From IMG/VR virus record IMGVR_UViG_3300025087_000689: a stretch of DNA of 64,000 bases, one strand, 5' to 3'. This stretch comes from a virus. Its lineage: Duplodnaviria > Caudoviricetes. The notes under the pieces are model-generated. The model had not been told where the DNA came from. It searched no databases and was given only the letters and a program-made list of their open reading frames with translations. Shown piece by piece: positions 48,937 to 59,746 of this stretch; the first letter of the stretch is position 1, and each line of letters begins with the position of its first letter. The position numbers and the translations under genes were made by a program.

Positions 48937-50953
48937 CATATATATTCTTAATGTACCTACAGATTATGATAGCATTTCTGGTGCTATTGGAGCAATCATC
49001 AATAGCGGATTAACGGATTATGATAGAGGTATAATTAATATTGAGACCAGTGGGTCTTATATAGCATCAGGTGTAGGATGTTATCAAATACCATCCGGTA
49101 CATTAGAAATTGGAAGCACCGAAAATAATGTGCATCTCGATAGTATGTATTTCTTAAATTCAGGTAATATTCAAGTATCTAATGTTCGTATAGATCTTCT
49201 TAGTATTAGTGGTTATGGACAGCTTCAACTATTTGATGTGTCTGGTTCTACTATATCTGCTAGTGGATTAAGTTCAGTTAATATTACTAGCGGGGTTATC
49301 GGAACGTTACTCGATGTTACCGATTCTGATAGTCTAATTCTCAATGATGTTTATTCTTCTGGTAATTGTAAATATAATATAACGCGAGTAAGTTCAGTAA
49401 ATATTTCTTCTGGTGATTATTCAAACTACGATGATACTGGTTTCAAATTAACCTTGGATGTTTGTAGTGGAATATATATTAACAAAATAAAAGGTGCGAA
49501 TATTTCTGGAAATTTACTATTATTTTCTGGTTGTCCTGATATAACTATGAACCATGCGTCTTTGGCCAGTAATATTTCTGGTTATACAATGACTGCTTTT
49601 GTGTCTGGTGGTGGTTTGGCTTGTTCTGGATTAATTGAGTATTCTATTATTGTTGGTAATGCTGGATCTGGTATGGGTCCATTCGATATCTACGATGCAC
49701 AATTTATCACGGTTAGTGGATGTTGCATATATAATTTTATAGATGATGAAACTTATACTGGATTATCTGGATTTTATTTTAATAAAGATCCATTATTTGT
49801 AAATGCATCTGGCGGAGATTTAAGGCCAGATATTAACTCACCTTGTGTTAGTAATGCGGATTCTATTGAAATCGTAGAAGCTTTAAGTGGCGTTACTGTT
49901 GAGACTGTTCAACTTAATAAAGAAGCTATTAAATTTTATCTTCGTGATCAGGATATTAAAGCCGTTATTCCTTCTGGTATCTATGTTGTTGGTAGTGGTC
50001 TAGCCGTCTTTTTTAAAGCTGACCCGAGTCTTGATAATAATATGGATATCTTAATTCATAAACAATATAAGGTTCTTGGTAGCGGAATAACATTTCAGAG
50101 TTTTCAAAATACCGCCGGAATAATTGGATTTGATTCAGACTACAAATTAATACCATATATAGACTACGCATCAAATGCGGTTATGTATTATGTTCAACCG
50201 TTTACTATGTTATCGTTTAGTGATATGGTTAATAGTGCTAGTGCCACATTACAAGATATAGAGGTATCTGGAAAATTTAAATACAATGGGTTTACTAGGG
50301 ATAGATTTCAAGATAGCGATGGAACTCCGTTGTATTGGGTTGGTGAGGAATATAATAACTATTTATATGGATATTCTATTCTTTCAAACGAGAAGGTTAT
50401 GACTTATCCTTTATTTAATAGTTCTGGTGTGTCACCTTCAGTTACTTTATCTGATTTGAATTATCTTAGTAGAACTTCTACGCAAGCTAATATATGGTCT
50501 GATAAGGTATATGTTGATGATCATTATGAATCAAGAAATATATCGATTGATAATCAGGATGGAATATTTAAGTTTAAATCATTTGAAAAAGACACCAGTT
50601 TAGGATTAGAAGCTATCGGTACATTGGGTGATTGGTTAGTAGTATCGGCCCGTCAACAATATAAAGATGATTCAGATGTAGTTTCTACTAAACATAATCT
50701 TTATTTTTATAATAAATATGAGATAAATCCTTTCGAAGAACCAATTAAAGTATTTAGTGGAGTGATAGGATTAGACGATGTAACTATTGGTGATTTGACT
50801 TTTAATGATGTTGGTAATTTATTAATCTCAGTTTCTGGTTATATAAATTTTTATAAATTGTTCTATGATTATGCCTTACTAACCAGATTACCGAATGGAA
50901 CTATTAAAAGCACTCTTCTCTTTAGAGAGGACTATACCGGAGTGAAGTTATAA
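48929..50953 (+). CDS. Virion protein with parallel beta-helix-like N-terminal domain
   Basis: Solenoid-like SG/N/I repeats capped by DPLFVNASGGDLRPDINSPC, a motif common at the end of pectin-lyase-like folds. Confidence 0.55.
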   Translation: MANIYILNVPTDYDSISGAIGAIINSGLTDYDRGIINIETSGSYIASGVGCYQIPSGTLEIGSTENNVHLDSMYFLNSGNIQVSNVRIDLLSISGYGQLQLFDVSGSTISASGLSSVNITSGVIGTLLDVTDSDSLILNDVYSSGNCKYNITRVSSVNISSGDYSNYDDTGFKLTLDVCSGIYINKIKGANISGNLLLFSGCPDITMNHASLASNISGYTMTAFVSGGGLACSGLIEYSIIVGNAGSGMGPFDIYDAQFITVSGCCIYNFIDDETYTGLSGFYFNKDPLFVNASGGDLRPDINSPCVSNADSIEIVEALSGVTVETVQLNKEAIKFYLRDQDIKAVIPSGIYVVGSGLAVFFKADPSLDNNMDILIHKQYKVLGSGITFQSFQNTAGIIGFDSDYKLIPYIDYASNAVMYYVQPFTMLSFSDMVNSASATLQDIEVSGKFKYNGFTRDRFQDSDGTPLYWVGEEYNNYLYGYSILSNEKVMTYPLFNSSGVSPSVTLSDLNYLSRTSTQANIWSDKVYVDDHYESRNISIDNQDGIFKFKSFEKDTSLGLEAIGTLGDWLVVSARQQYKDDSDVVSTKHNLYFYNKYEINPFEEPIKVFSGVIGLDDVTIGDLTFNDVGNLLISVSGYINFYKLFYDYALLTRLPNGTIKSTLLFREDYTGVKL

Positions 50954-53718
50954 TGAGTTATCTTTATTGGCCGTCTGGCTTAGCACCTTATACAGCTTAT
51001 ACACATATTACTGATAGAACTACTCAGTTAAATCATCAGTCTATTATGGATGGTTTAGCTAGAGATATAGGATGGCTCCAACATAATATTAACGCAACTA
51101 ATCTGTTTGCGTCTGGTTATGTTACACCGATCCTATCTGGCTTCTTTAGAAATATTGATACTAACTACCTATATGTGGATAGTGTACAGGTTCGTACTCT
51201 ATATCTATATAATATTATGAATCCCAATATGCCGGATATTGATATACTAGGAACTAATTTAAATGTCGTAGATGCTGCATTTAGAAATAATAATTTAACT
51301 GTATTGAATTCGTTTAGGGGTTTGGAAGAATTTAGTTTAAATTCTAGCGGATTTATATATAATCCTCCTTCTATATCTGGAGGTATATATGATTTCTATC
51401 TCGCGAGAAATGGGAATTCTAAATTACTGGGAGGTAGCGTTGGTAATTTTATTCTTAATAGTGGCAATATCAATGTTGATTCTAACCATAGAATAATCAT
51501 AGAAAACCTAGGTTCTTTTTCTCCTTCTGGTAGTATTAGTGAATCTGGTATATACTGGAATTCAATTACAGGTCACGACCATAGAGATAATAAAATTAAA
51601 GCGAGTACGATAATAGCAACTGATCTAACTTATAATACTGATGTTGAAATTATAACAGATGAAGGATTCATAGAAGTTACTAGTGGTGTATTAGATGCTA
51701 ATAAGTATTTTCTAGAAGTTTACTATGATAGTATAGGATTCCATGAAGTTGATTATTCCGTTAGTGGTGTTTATATATGCGATATACCTGCTTTAACTGG
51801 CAATGTATCTGAATTGGATATTGGTACGTGTCCCATGATATCTTATAATGGTAAAGTATATGCTGCAAGTTTAGCCACTCCAACTGGTAGTATAAACTTA
51901 TCTGATACATACATTTACTCATCGGAAGATTTTTATACATGGAGCGGAGTATTAGTCTCTGGTGATTATAGACCGATAGTATCGGGAATTGCCACGGTTG
52001 ATGGATTTGCTATAAATTCTAATGTCTTGTATTTCTTATGGAATTTACAAGTATCTAGTGGTAACTATTGCGACGCTCGTTCTATTGATAATATAAGTTC
52101 TGCTACGCCTATAAAGTATCATATTAGCGGGTTCGCTCATGGTTCTTCCCGATACGGACTTGGTATTTCATCTGTAGAAAATGCTATATTATTATACGGA
52201 TACGAGTATCCTCATATATACGAATCAGGTATTCCAAAATGGGATAACCATACTATATTGTATAATTACGATTTGGATAGATACGAATCTTATCAAACAT
52301 CTAACGAACATCAACATATATCATTTAGTGGAGTTCCATATAAATATTCGTTTCCTTTTATTCAAGGTTTTGATATGTCTTCTTTTGATTCATCTCTATT
52401 CTGGTTAGATGGAACATATTCTGGTGGTATAAGAGAACCATACTATACTGATGCACAGAATGATGGTGTTTTTAAAAATTTGGTCGCCCCTAGCAATACA
52501 TTTAGTGGGTACTTCGGTGCTTTTTTTGGTAATGGATTTAGTGAAATTAGTTCTATTTTATTAACAGAACTGTCATATCATAATGGACAACGTGGATTAA
52601 ATACAGTGTATATTAACAGTGCATCAGCGAAACAGATGTATGGTGATATTATAGAAAATTTTAGTGAGTCTCCTTTACTTATTTTTGGTAATTCGACCAT
52701 TGCGTGTAACACAACTTCTAGTGGAACTATATTTGGAGGTTGTATCCCACTAGTTATGGATATAGATAAAAGGTTATTATATAATATTGGTATTTCTGGT
52801 ATTCTAATAACTTCTCAAAATGTAGATTATAGTCCTAATATTTTACGTGGTTCGAAGAGTCTACTTGATACGTCTATATTGTTTAGAATTAATGCTTATC
52901 TGTATTTTCCTGGTGTTATTACAGGTGTTGGCAGTCTTATGGTTAGTAATCTTTTTAATTATGAGTTAGGTGAGGCTAGACTTTGGACTGATTATCGTTG
53001 GGTTTCTGGGCAAAGAACAGAATTAATTAATTTGTGTCCATGGGACCCAGGTTTGTTAACTGTACCTTTTGGAGGTGCTAGTGGTTTATACTATAAACAC
53101 GAGCACGATGTAACAACATCAAAAATTAATTATACATCTATGTTGGTCGAATCTAGTGGAATTATAATACCCTCATCTACATTTGTTCATCCTGGTAATT
53201 TTCCAACGTTTTATGATAGACCAACTAAAGATGGTTTCTGGAGTACAAAAACGTTTGATTGGTATTACATTCCTCAATCTGATTATTTTGGTCCTCCTAA
53301 TAGAGCATACACAAAGACTTATCATTATATGCGGCCTCGTTGTCCTGTTCAACATAATGGAGTAGTATATTCTATTCTTGAATTTAATACAGGATTTAAC
53401 TATATTGGTCCTGATGGTTCAGAATATATTGATGATGATATACTTTATAGTGATCTTATTAAATATGGTAATGCTGTATATGGAGTTGGAGTAAAAGTTA
53501 TATTGGATGATAGAGGTAATTATAATTATAGTTTAGTTCTTAGTACAATAAAAAGAAATGTTTCAACTCAAGTTCCATTGTCGCAGGGAATTAGCGGAGA
53601 TAAACAAACACCTAAGTTTTTAATCCATAAAGGTCTATTATATATAGGTATAGGCAATGGTAGATTCTTGGTGAAGAAACCATCACATATTGATTTATGT
53701 ATAACTTCTAATTTATAA
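50953..53718 (+). CDS. Tail fibre/receptor-binding protein-like 1
   Basis: 921 aa. GHDH motif at aa ~208. Aromatic beta-rich C-terminus. Confidence 0.55.
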   Translation: MSYLYWPSGLAPYTAYTHITDRTTQLNHQSIMDGLARDIGWLQHNINATNLFASGYVTPILSGFFRNIDTNYLYVDSVQVRTLYLYNIMNPNMPDIDILGTNLNVVDAAFRNNNLTVLNSFRGLEEFSLNSSGFIYNPPSISGGIYDFYLARNGNSKLLGGSVGNFILNSGNINVDSNHRIIIENLGSFSPSGSISESGIYWNSITGHDHRDNKIKASTIIATDLTYNTDVEIITDEGFIEVTSGVLDANKYFLEVYYDSIGFHEVDYSVSGVYICDIPALTGNVSELDIGTCPMISYNGKVYAASLATPTGSINLSDTYIYSSEDFYTWSGVLVSGDYRPIVSGIATVDGFAINSNVLYFLWNLQVSSGNYCDARSIDNISSATPIKYHISGFAHGSSRYGLGISSVENAILLYGYEYPHIYESGIPKWDNHTILYNYDLDRYESYQTSNEHQHISFSGVPYKYSFPFIQGFDMSSFDSSLFWLDGTYSGGIREPYYTDAQNDGVFKNLVAPSNTFSGYFGAFFGNGFSEISSILLTELSYHNGQRGLNTVYINSASAKQMYGDIIENFSESPLLIFGNSTIACNTTSSGTIFGGCIPLVMDIDKRLLYNIGISGILITSQNVDYSPNILRGSKSLLDTSILFRINAYLYFPGVITGVGSLMVSNLFNYELGEARLWTDYRWVSGQRTELINLCPWDPGLLTVPFGGASGLYYKHEHDVTTSKINYTSMLVESSGIIIPSSTFVHPGNFPTFYDRPTKDGFWSTKTFDWYYIPQSDYFGPPNRAYTKTYHYMRPRCPVQHNGVVYSILEFNTGFNYIGPDGSEYIDDDILYSDLIKYGNAVYGVGVKVILDDRGNYNYSLVLSTIKRNVSTQVPLSQGISGDKQTPKFLIHKGLLYIGIGNGRFLVKKPSHIDLCITSNL

Positions 53719-53726
53719 GGTAAATT

Positions 53727-56700
53727 ATGAATATATATCCAAGATTTATTCCACCTGGTTCTGGTTATGTTGATTATGAATCCATAAAGGATAATAAACA
53801 TATTGGATTATACTACCACATGGATTGGGATACGTCGAAAACAGGTCAACCTATAAGTTATTACCATCCTTATTACCTGCATCATATATACGATAATGTA
53901 TTATCGTTAAGAGATCCTGTTACCGCTGCCAGTATAGAACTCGGTATTGGTAAACATCTTTTAGAAGTTGTTAGATTTGCCAATGGTAATAATCTAGGAT
54001 ATAGTAATGAACGCGTTGGTGTTGGATATTTTCTACAGTTGGGTGTTTCTGGTAATCCTTCTTGGTGGCTTGGCAATAGTGGGTTATATTCAACTACTGT
54101 AAATTCCGGTATAGCTTGTGTTAGCATGAGTACCGATTATTTGATTGTAACTAGTGGTTATTTTAATGAAATGTCTAGATTCGCTATTGATGCATCTAAT
54201 AACGTGTTAGATATTAGTTCTGCTGGTTCCGGTTATATTGATAAGATCGATGATGTATTTGAACGCTGGTCATTTAGTTACGGTAATGTTTATACTATAG
54301 ATAGTATTAATCTTCTTAGTGGTGTACTAACTGTAGATAATTTGGGCAGTGGAAGCATGACAACTAGTAACGATATAACTTTCTTTAATAACCTATTAAT
54401 GAAAGATGTGAATGTTGGTTCTGGTATACTTTCTGGGTTTTTCGATACATATCAGCTAAATGGTGTCGATGATGAGAGTTTAGTTACTTATAATGTTAAT
54501 GGTCACTCACATAATTGTTCAGGTTGGTCGTCTACATCAACTGATACAATCATAGTTGGTAACACAATATTTGATGGAAGATATTTTTATAGTTTAAATA
54601 AAACTCAATTATTAAGATTAGATTCTAGACGTACTAGTATTAATTGGACTCCTATAAAATCATATACTTCTGCCAGAGTTACTTTTAATAGTTCTACTAG
54701 AGTTTATAAAGATAAAACTAATTTAAATGTAGTCAATAGTAATTGGGCTCCGCGAATAGATAATAAAGTTCCTATTGGAATTCCAAATGTTAAACTCGGT
54801 GATAAAGTTGCAACTATAAACGAACTTATAGTATATGGTTTTGTTGGAGATTCGCAATTACGAATCAGTGATGGTAGAACCTTTGCATTATCAGGTCCTA
54901 TACAATCACAAGATGAATTTTACTTTATTAATAATGATTTATATTTTATTCATAGTGTTGTTGGTTATGTTTATATATATCAGTTCAATGGTCTAGTTTG
55001 GAAAAACTGGAGTTACTCGTTAGGTAGAAACATCCTATACAGTTCATGTGTTTCAAATCATGAAGTTTTTTTAATACTTCAAGTTACCAGGTCTGGAGTG
55101 CAGGATGTTATATCTATTATTCGTTTTAATACACTTGGTATCTTTCGTAATTCTGGAAATTTTAAATTATTTGGAGTTTTAAAACAAGTAAGTATTCTTG
55201 ATCACGATATTTTTTGTTTGGTGAAAGATTGGAACGTTAATATTTTTAATGTATATATCTATAATTTTAATAGACCTATAATATATCAGAAGTTATTCTC
55301 AAATATACCAACAGGAACTTTATCAATATATTATAATTCAGTTTATAATATAGTTCAAGTTGGCAAATATAAGAAAAAAATATATAAAAATAAATCAACT
55401 TCACTTCCATTAGATGCGATTGGTGGTGTTTATAACTTAAAAAACAATATTGTAGTTAAAGGAACATTGAAATCTAATTCTACGATAATGGCTTTGTGTG
55501 CAGATTCCTTATTTCGAGAAATGAATCCTATTTATAAACATGTTTTTTTACTAGAACCTGGCAGAAATAACGAAACTAACTATTCATATGGCGGTAACTT
55601 CACCGATACATTTATAAATAGATATCTAATAGATAACTTTATAGTTAGAGCACATACTTATAATGATTTAACTTGTTCGATAGTATATAAGAATAGTTAT
55701 TATTTTGGACATAGAGGTGATATATCCACATTTCTTAAAACAAATAATAAATTTCAAATAGGTGTTCCTGCACCTAATATGAGTAAAAAGATTATTACTA
55801 AATTTTTACCAACTGATCAGTTTTTATATGCTCTTGTTCAAGACTTTGATATTTCTTATAAAGATTTTACCACTAATAAACCAGAGGCTCCTATATCTAA
55901 TGATCCAGAGGATTTGGATTTAGATACTAACTTTATACCATATATTCCTGGTCCATGGTCTATACCTGTAACTAGATTGTATAAAAAGGCAATTGATAAA
56001 AATACATGGATTGAAGATAAGAATTTTTCCCAATTATTTGGATTACGTTTAATAGATGCGATAACTTATGATAATAATTTATATGTTATAGCTCATAATT
56101 CTGCAGGTAGTGGAATTGTAACATCGAAATTTAATATAACAAATAACACAATAACCGAATTAAGTTTTAGTGGTGTATTAAAGTTAAATGAGAGTTTAGT
56201 TGGATCAAGTGAACGTAATACTACTTTATATGAATTCACACCACAGGTAGATGGAACATTCGTTAGAGATCTAACTACAAATGAGTATCCTTATGTGACG
56301 TCTGCCAACTTAAATGGTCATCATGAGTTTTATTTATATAATCATCCGTTTGGTCCTTATGTAGTTCATGATCAAGTAGAAATTCTTTATCAAGATATAC
56401 AACCAAGCAGTATCTATGGTCATAGACAGGCGACATCTTCTTCTGTTAGCAGTTATGACATGAAAAACACATCTAATAAATACCTTTATAGAACTATAGG
56501 TATTACTTTCTTAAGAGAAGAATATCCAAGACAAGGAGGATATCCACTTTCTTATTCTACAACCATGCAAACTCCTTATATGGATCTGAATAATCCAAAT
56601 ATTAAAATTCCTATCCAAAAAGATAATCCAATCATAATTACAACTAATCTAGAAGATGATAAATTTCTATTAAAAGATAAGATAACGCAATCATCAGTTA

Positions 56701-57536
56701 GAAATAATACTCATTTCGTTACTTCTATAACACACAATAAAAATATATATATAATAGTACAAGTAGATCAAAAACTTAAAATTTATTCAGTGAAAGATTT
56801 TAGTAATTATTTTTATAAAACAACACAGAAAACAGGGCCTACTTATTCTTATACAGTAGATGGAGCTGAAACAATATATGGAGATGGTGTAAGTTATGCC
56901 GGAATCATAGCTAACGAAAATTTTATACCTTCTGGTCAATATGGTAATACTGTTTTCTTAGATTTTGTTCCTTGTGAATTAAGCAACACTTTAGTAACCG
57001 AATTAGATTTGAGTATTATAGTAGGTGAAGAATCAACTCCATTGTATATTTTAGGTGATGGTGATGATTTATTTATAACAAAACCAAAATATGAAAACTA
57101 TAAACATAACAAAAGATTTTGTACTCATTCTACTATGGTTGTAGGTTCCAATGTTTACTTACCATTGACATGTCGTATAAAATATCCAACAGGTAAATTA
57201 CTAACATTTCTTTTAGGTTTTTTTAGTGATGGTTCTGTTGGATTAGTTGACAACAATAATATCCCTACTCAAATAGTAAGTAAACCAATAGGTAGGTCAC
57301 AATTCTTATATAAGGATGGTAAGTGGATAATAAGTGCTATGTCTATTGTCGATGGTCAACCAGAATATATATCGTACGAAGACATGAAAAAAGACCCTAT
57401 CTACGGTCCTATTATTCTTAAAAATACACCAGAATCATTTGGAAATATCTTTAATCCAAACACACCAAAGAAATGGATTATAGGAGAATATGATATTCAA
57501 ATAAATGATAACCTAAATGTCAGGGAGACATTCTAA
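53727..57536 (+). CDS. Tail fibre/receptor-binding protein-like 2
   Basis: 1269 aa. GHSH at aa ~260. Propeller-like Y/N/I-rich C-terminus. Confidence 0.55.
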   Translation: MNIYPRFIPPGSGYVDYESIKDNKHIGLYYHMDWDTSKTGQPISYYHPYYLHHIYDNVLSLRDPVTAASIELGIGKHLLEVVRFANGNNLGYSNERVGVGYFLQLGVSGNPSWWLGNSGLYSTTVNSGIACVSMSTDYLIVTSGYFNEMSRFAIDASNNVLDISSAGSGYIDKIDDVFERWSFSYGNVYTIDSINLLSGVLTVDNLGSGSMTTSNDITFFNNLLMKDVNVGSGILSGFFDTYQLNGVDDESLVTYNVNGHSHNCSGWSSTSTDTIIVGNTIFDGRYFYSLNKTQLLRLDSRRTSINWTPIKSYTSARVTFNSSTRVYKDKTNLNVVNSNWAPRIDNKVPIGIPNVKLGDKVATINELIVYGFVGDSQLRISDGRTFALSGPIQSQDEFYFINNDLYFIHSVVGYVYIYQFNGLVWKNWSYSLGRNILYSSCVSNHEVFLILQVTRSGVQDVISIIRFNTLGIFRNSGNFKLFGVLKQVSILDHDIFCLVKDWNVNIFNVYIYNFNRPIIYQKLFSNIPTGTLSIYYNSVYNIVQVGKYKKKIYKNKSTSLPLDAIGGVYNLKNNIVVKGTLKSNSTIMALCADSLFREMNPIYKHVFLLEPGRNNETNYSYGGNFTDTFINRYLIDNFIVRAHTYNDLTCSIVYKNSYYFGHRGDISTFLKTNNKFQIGVPAPNMSKKIITKFLPTDQFLYALVQDFDISYKDFTTNKPEAPISNDPEDLDLDTNFIPYIPGPWSIPVTRLYKKAIDKNTWIEDKNFSQLFGLRLIDAITYDNNLYVIAHNSAGSGIVTSKFNITNNTITELSFSGVLKLNESLVGSSERNTTLYEFTPQVDGTFVRDLTTNEYPYVTSANLNGHHEFYLYNHPFGPYVVHDQVEILYQDIQPSSIYGHRQATSSSVSSYDMKNTSNKYLYRTIGITFLREEYPRQGGYPLSYSTTMQTPYMDLNNPNIKIPIQKDNPIIITTNLEDDKFLLKDKITQSSVRNNTHFVTSITHNKNIYIIVQVDQKLKIYSVKDFSNYFYKTTQKTGPTYSYTVDGAETIYGDGVSYAGIIANENFIPSGQYGNTVFLDFVPCELSNTLVTELDLSIIVGEESTPLYILGDGDDLFITKPKYENYKHNKRFCTHSTMVVGSNVYLPLTCRIKYPTGKLLTFLLGFFSDGSVGLVDNNNIPTQIVSKPIGRSQFLYKDGKWIISAMSIVDGQPEYISYEDMKKDPIYGPIILKNTPESFGNIFNPNTPKKWIIGEYDIQINDNLNVRETF

Positions 57537-59737
57537 TGTTCCAATTTCAAATATATCCTAGTGGTACTCTGGATAATTATAGATTAATGGTTAATAGTGC
57601 GTCTGGAGTATCTGCAATAATAGATAGTAGAATGGGTATTATTGAAGAATCGTTATCAGGGGTCGCTTTCTATATTAAGGCTATCAGCGATTATATAAAT
57701 ATAAATAACGTTGGGACGTCTGGCTATCCGATTACTTCTGGCTATTTTAATCATCTTGGTTATACATCATATGATTATATAGATGGTAGTAATTACCCTT
57801 ACGCTCCATCAGTAGATGGTATTATTTCTGGTGTTAATGTTATTTATACTTCTGGGTTTTATATTCAAACTTCTAATCCATCTATACAAAGTTTGGATGT
57901 TGGATCTGGTTTATTTAATAAAGTGTTCTTCGATGATGGATTTGTTGGTTATGTAACAATAAATAATTTTATTTTTACTGATGTTATTAAAAATTTATAT
58001 TCTGGTTATATTCCTACTGATCAGCAATTAAGATTTACTGATCTTAATAGATTATCATCTATCCAACCAACTATTAAAAACGAGGATGATTATCCTTTCT
58101 TATTGGGTAACACTGGCGTTCTTAATTCTATTGTTACTCGTCCAAGATTAAGATTATCTTTACGTGAATTTGGATTAATAAGCGGAACTTTAATTAACGA
58201 TAAACTTCAAATTAATAATCTTAATGGATTAAATGTATCAGGTAATCTATATATAGATGGTTCGTTAAAATTAGGTTTATCTGCTTATACTACTACATCA
58301 CCTGTAATATCTGAAACTTTATTTCAGATACGGGCTCATACACATGATGGTATTGGTTCTTCTGGTGTTTGTTTTTCAAGTTTTAACTCGATACAATCCA
58401 TTATTGATCATTTTACTTTAGTTCAATCTAGTGGTTCTATTAATATTCAAGGCGATTATAAAGGAAATAGCATTGGGCTAAATAGTAATTGGGAAATAAA
58501 AGATATTATAAATGCGGATAATATTCAGAAAATTCTTACATGTAAAGATAAAATGTATATAGTTGATAATAAAAAACTCTTTGATATCAATGATTCATCT
58601 AATGTAATTATCGCGACTCAGACAAATTTGCCAAGATCCCAAATAATTGCGACACCTACTGGCGATTCACCTGCATTAATAGAGTTAGTAAAAGGATATA
58701 ATCGTTCATTAAGTTCTGATGGAAGTGTAAGAAATGTTAGAATCACTACATTAAATAATAAAAAAACAAATATCATATCTTTTAGTTCTCGTGGAGTTGG
58801 ATATGGATTTAATACTATAATGAATAGAAAAGAGATACCAATCGATCAGGGTGTTAGGATTGGCAGACATTTATATATATCTTTTCTAGAAGTGATAGAT
58901 GGTACTAATTCTTTTAGTGTTTATGCTATAGATACTTTACGGACTCCAATGAATTCTAAATGTGTCGCATGTTTTAGAATTAGTGGAACTGATTGGAGAT
59001 ATTTAAAACCTGTTAAATATAAAAATTCTATACATTATTTTATACTAGATGATGCTGGAAATACTTACTGTTTAGTATATAATGTAATTTATAGACCTGG
59101 TATTAAATCATTTATTCCTATTGGGACTACATCTAGTATAACTGAAAATACATTCGAGTATGCTAGTGGCGATAGAGTTGGATTCAATGTCTTCGTATAT
59201 GATGGTACTATTCCAGCGATTAATGAATCCACCGGACTTGAATATGTTTCACTTAATATAGCTAATCTTAAAAGATATCCAATAGATTATACCTATTTTA
59301 ACGGCAAACCATATGTAAATGGTATTACTGAAACAGGTGCTTTCGCGTTTCAATTTACAACTCTTAAAAGAAATAGAGTTGCAATCTTTCCAAAAACTGG
59401 AAGTGGAACCACTTGTATTTCATATGTGGGTAAAATCTGGAGAGGAAACGCATTACATATAGGTAGAGACCCTACGAATAGAGATATAACATTAGATTAT
59501 CTATTAACTAGATTAGAGACTTTAACGGGATTAGCCAGTCCTTGGTTGATGAATCCTGTAATTTATCGAGGTTGGTTATATGCTGTAGCACCAACACAAA
59601 GTCTTTCTGTATGGCAATCCGCTGGTGGATTCGCAAGATATGATGTTATTGATGAATATCTTCCAGCTGGTTCTGTGATCGTACGCAGAAGAGCATCTGA
59701 AATAGATCTTGTTGAAATGCAAGCTTACAGTTTATAA
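57536..59737 (+). CDS. Tail fibre/receptor-binding protein-like 3
   Basis: 733 aa. AHTHDG at aa ~268. The C-terminus resembles that of the 50953 ORF. Confidence 0.55.
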   Translation: MFQFQIYPSGTLDNYRLMVNSASGVSAIIDSRMGIIEESLSGVAFYIKAISDYININNVGTSGYPITSGYFNHLGYTSYDYIDGSNYPYAPSVDGIISGVNVIYTSGFYIQTSNPSIQSLDVGSGLFNKVFFDDGFVGYVTINNFIFTDVIKNLYSGYIPTDQQLRFTDLNRLSSIQPTIKNEDDYPFLLGNTGVLNSIVTRPRLRLSLREFGLISGTLINDKLQINNLNGLNVSGNLYIDGSLKLGLSAYTTTSPVISETLFQIRAHTHDGIGSSGVCFSSFNSIQSIIDHFTLVQSSGSINIQGDYKGNSIGLNSNWEIKDIINADNIQKILTCKDKMYIVDNKKLFDINDSSNVIIATQTNLPRSQIIATPTGDSPALIELVKGYNRSLSSDGSVRNVRITTLNNKKTNIISFSSRGVGYGFNTIMNRKEIPIDQGVRIGRHLYISFLEVIDGTNSFSVYAIDTLRTPMNSKCVACFRISGTDWRYLKPVKYKNSIHYFILDDAGNTYCLVYNVIYRPGIKSFIPIGTTSSITENTFEYASGDRVGFNVFVYDGTIPAINESTGLEYVSLNIANLKRYPIDYTYFNGKPYVNGITETGAFAFQFTTLKRNRVAIFPKTGSGTTCISYVGKIWRGNALHIGRDPTNRDITLDYLLTRLETLTGLASPWLMNPVIYRGWLYAVAPTQSLSVWQSAGGFARYDVIDEYLPAGSVIVRRRASEIDLVEMQAYSL

Positions 59738-59746
59738 GAGGATAAC

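Noticed and set aside
50953-59737. Diversity-generating retroelement acting on the fibre genes
   Set aside because: No reverse transcriptase and no near-identical TR/VR pair with adenine-specific mismatches seen in this window.
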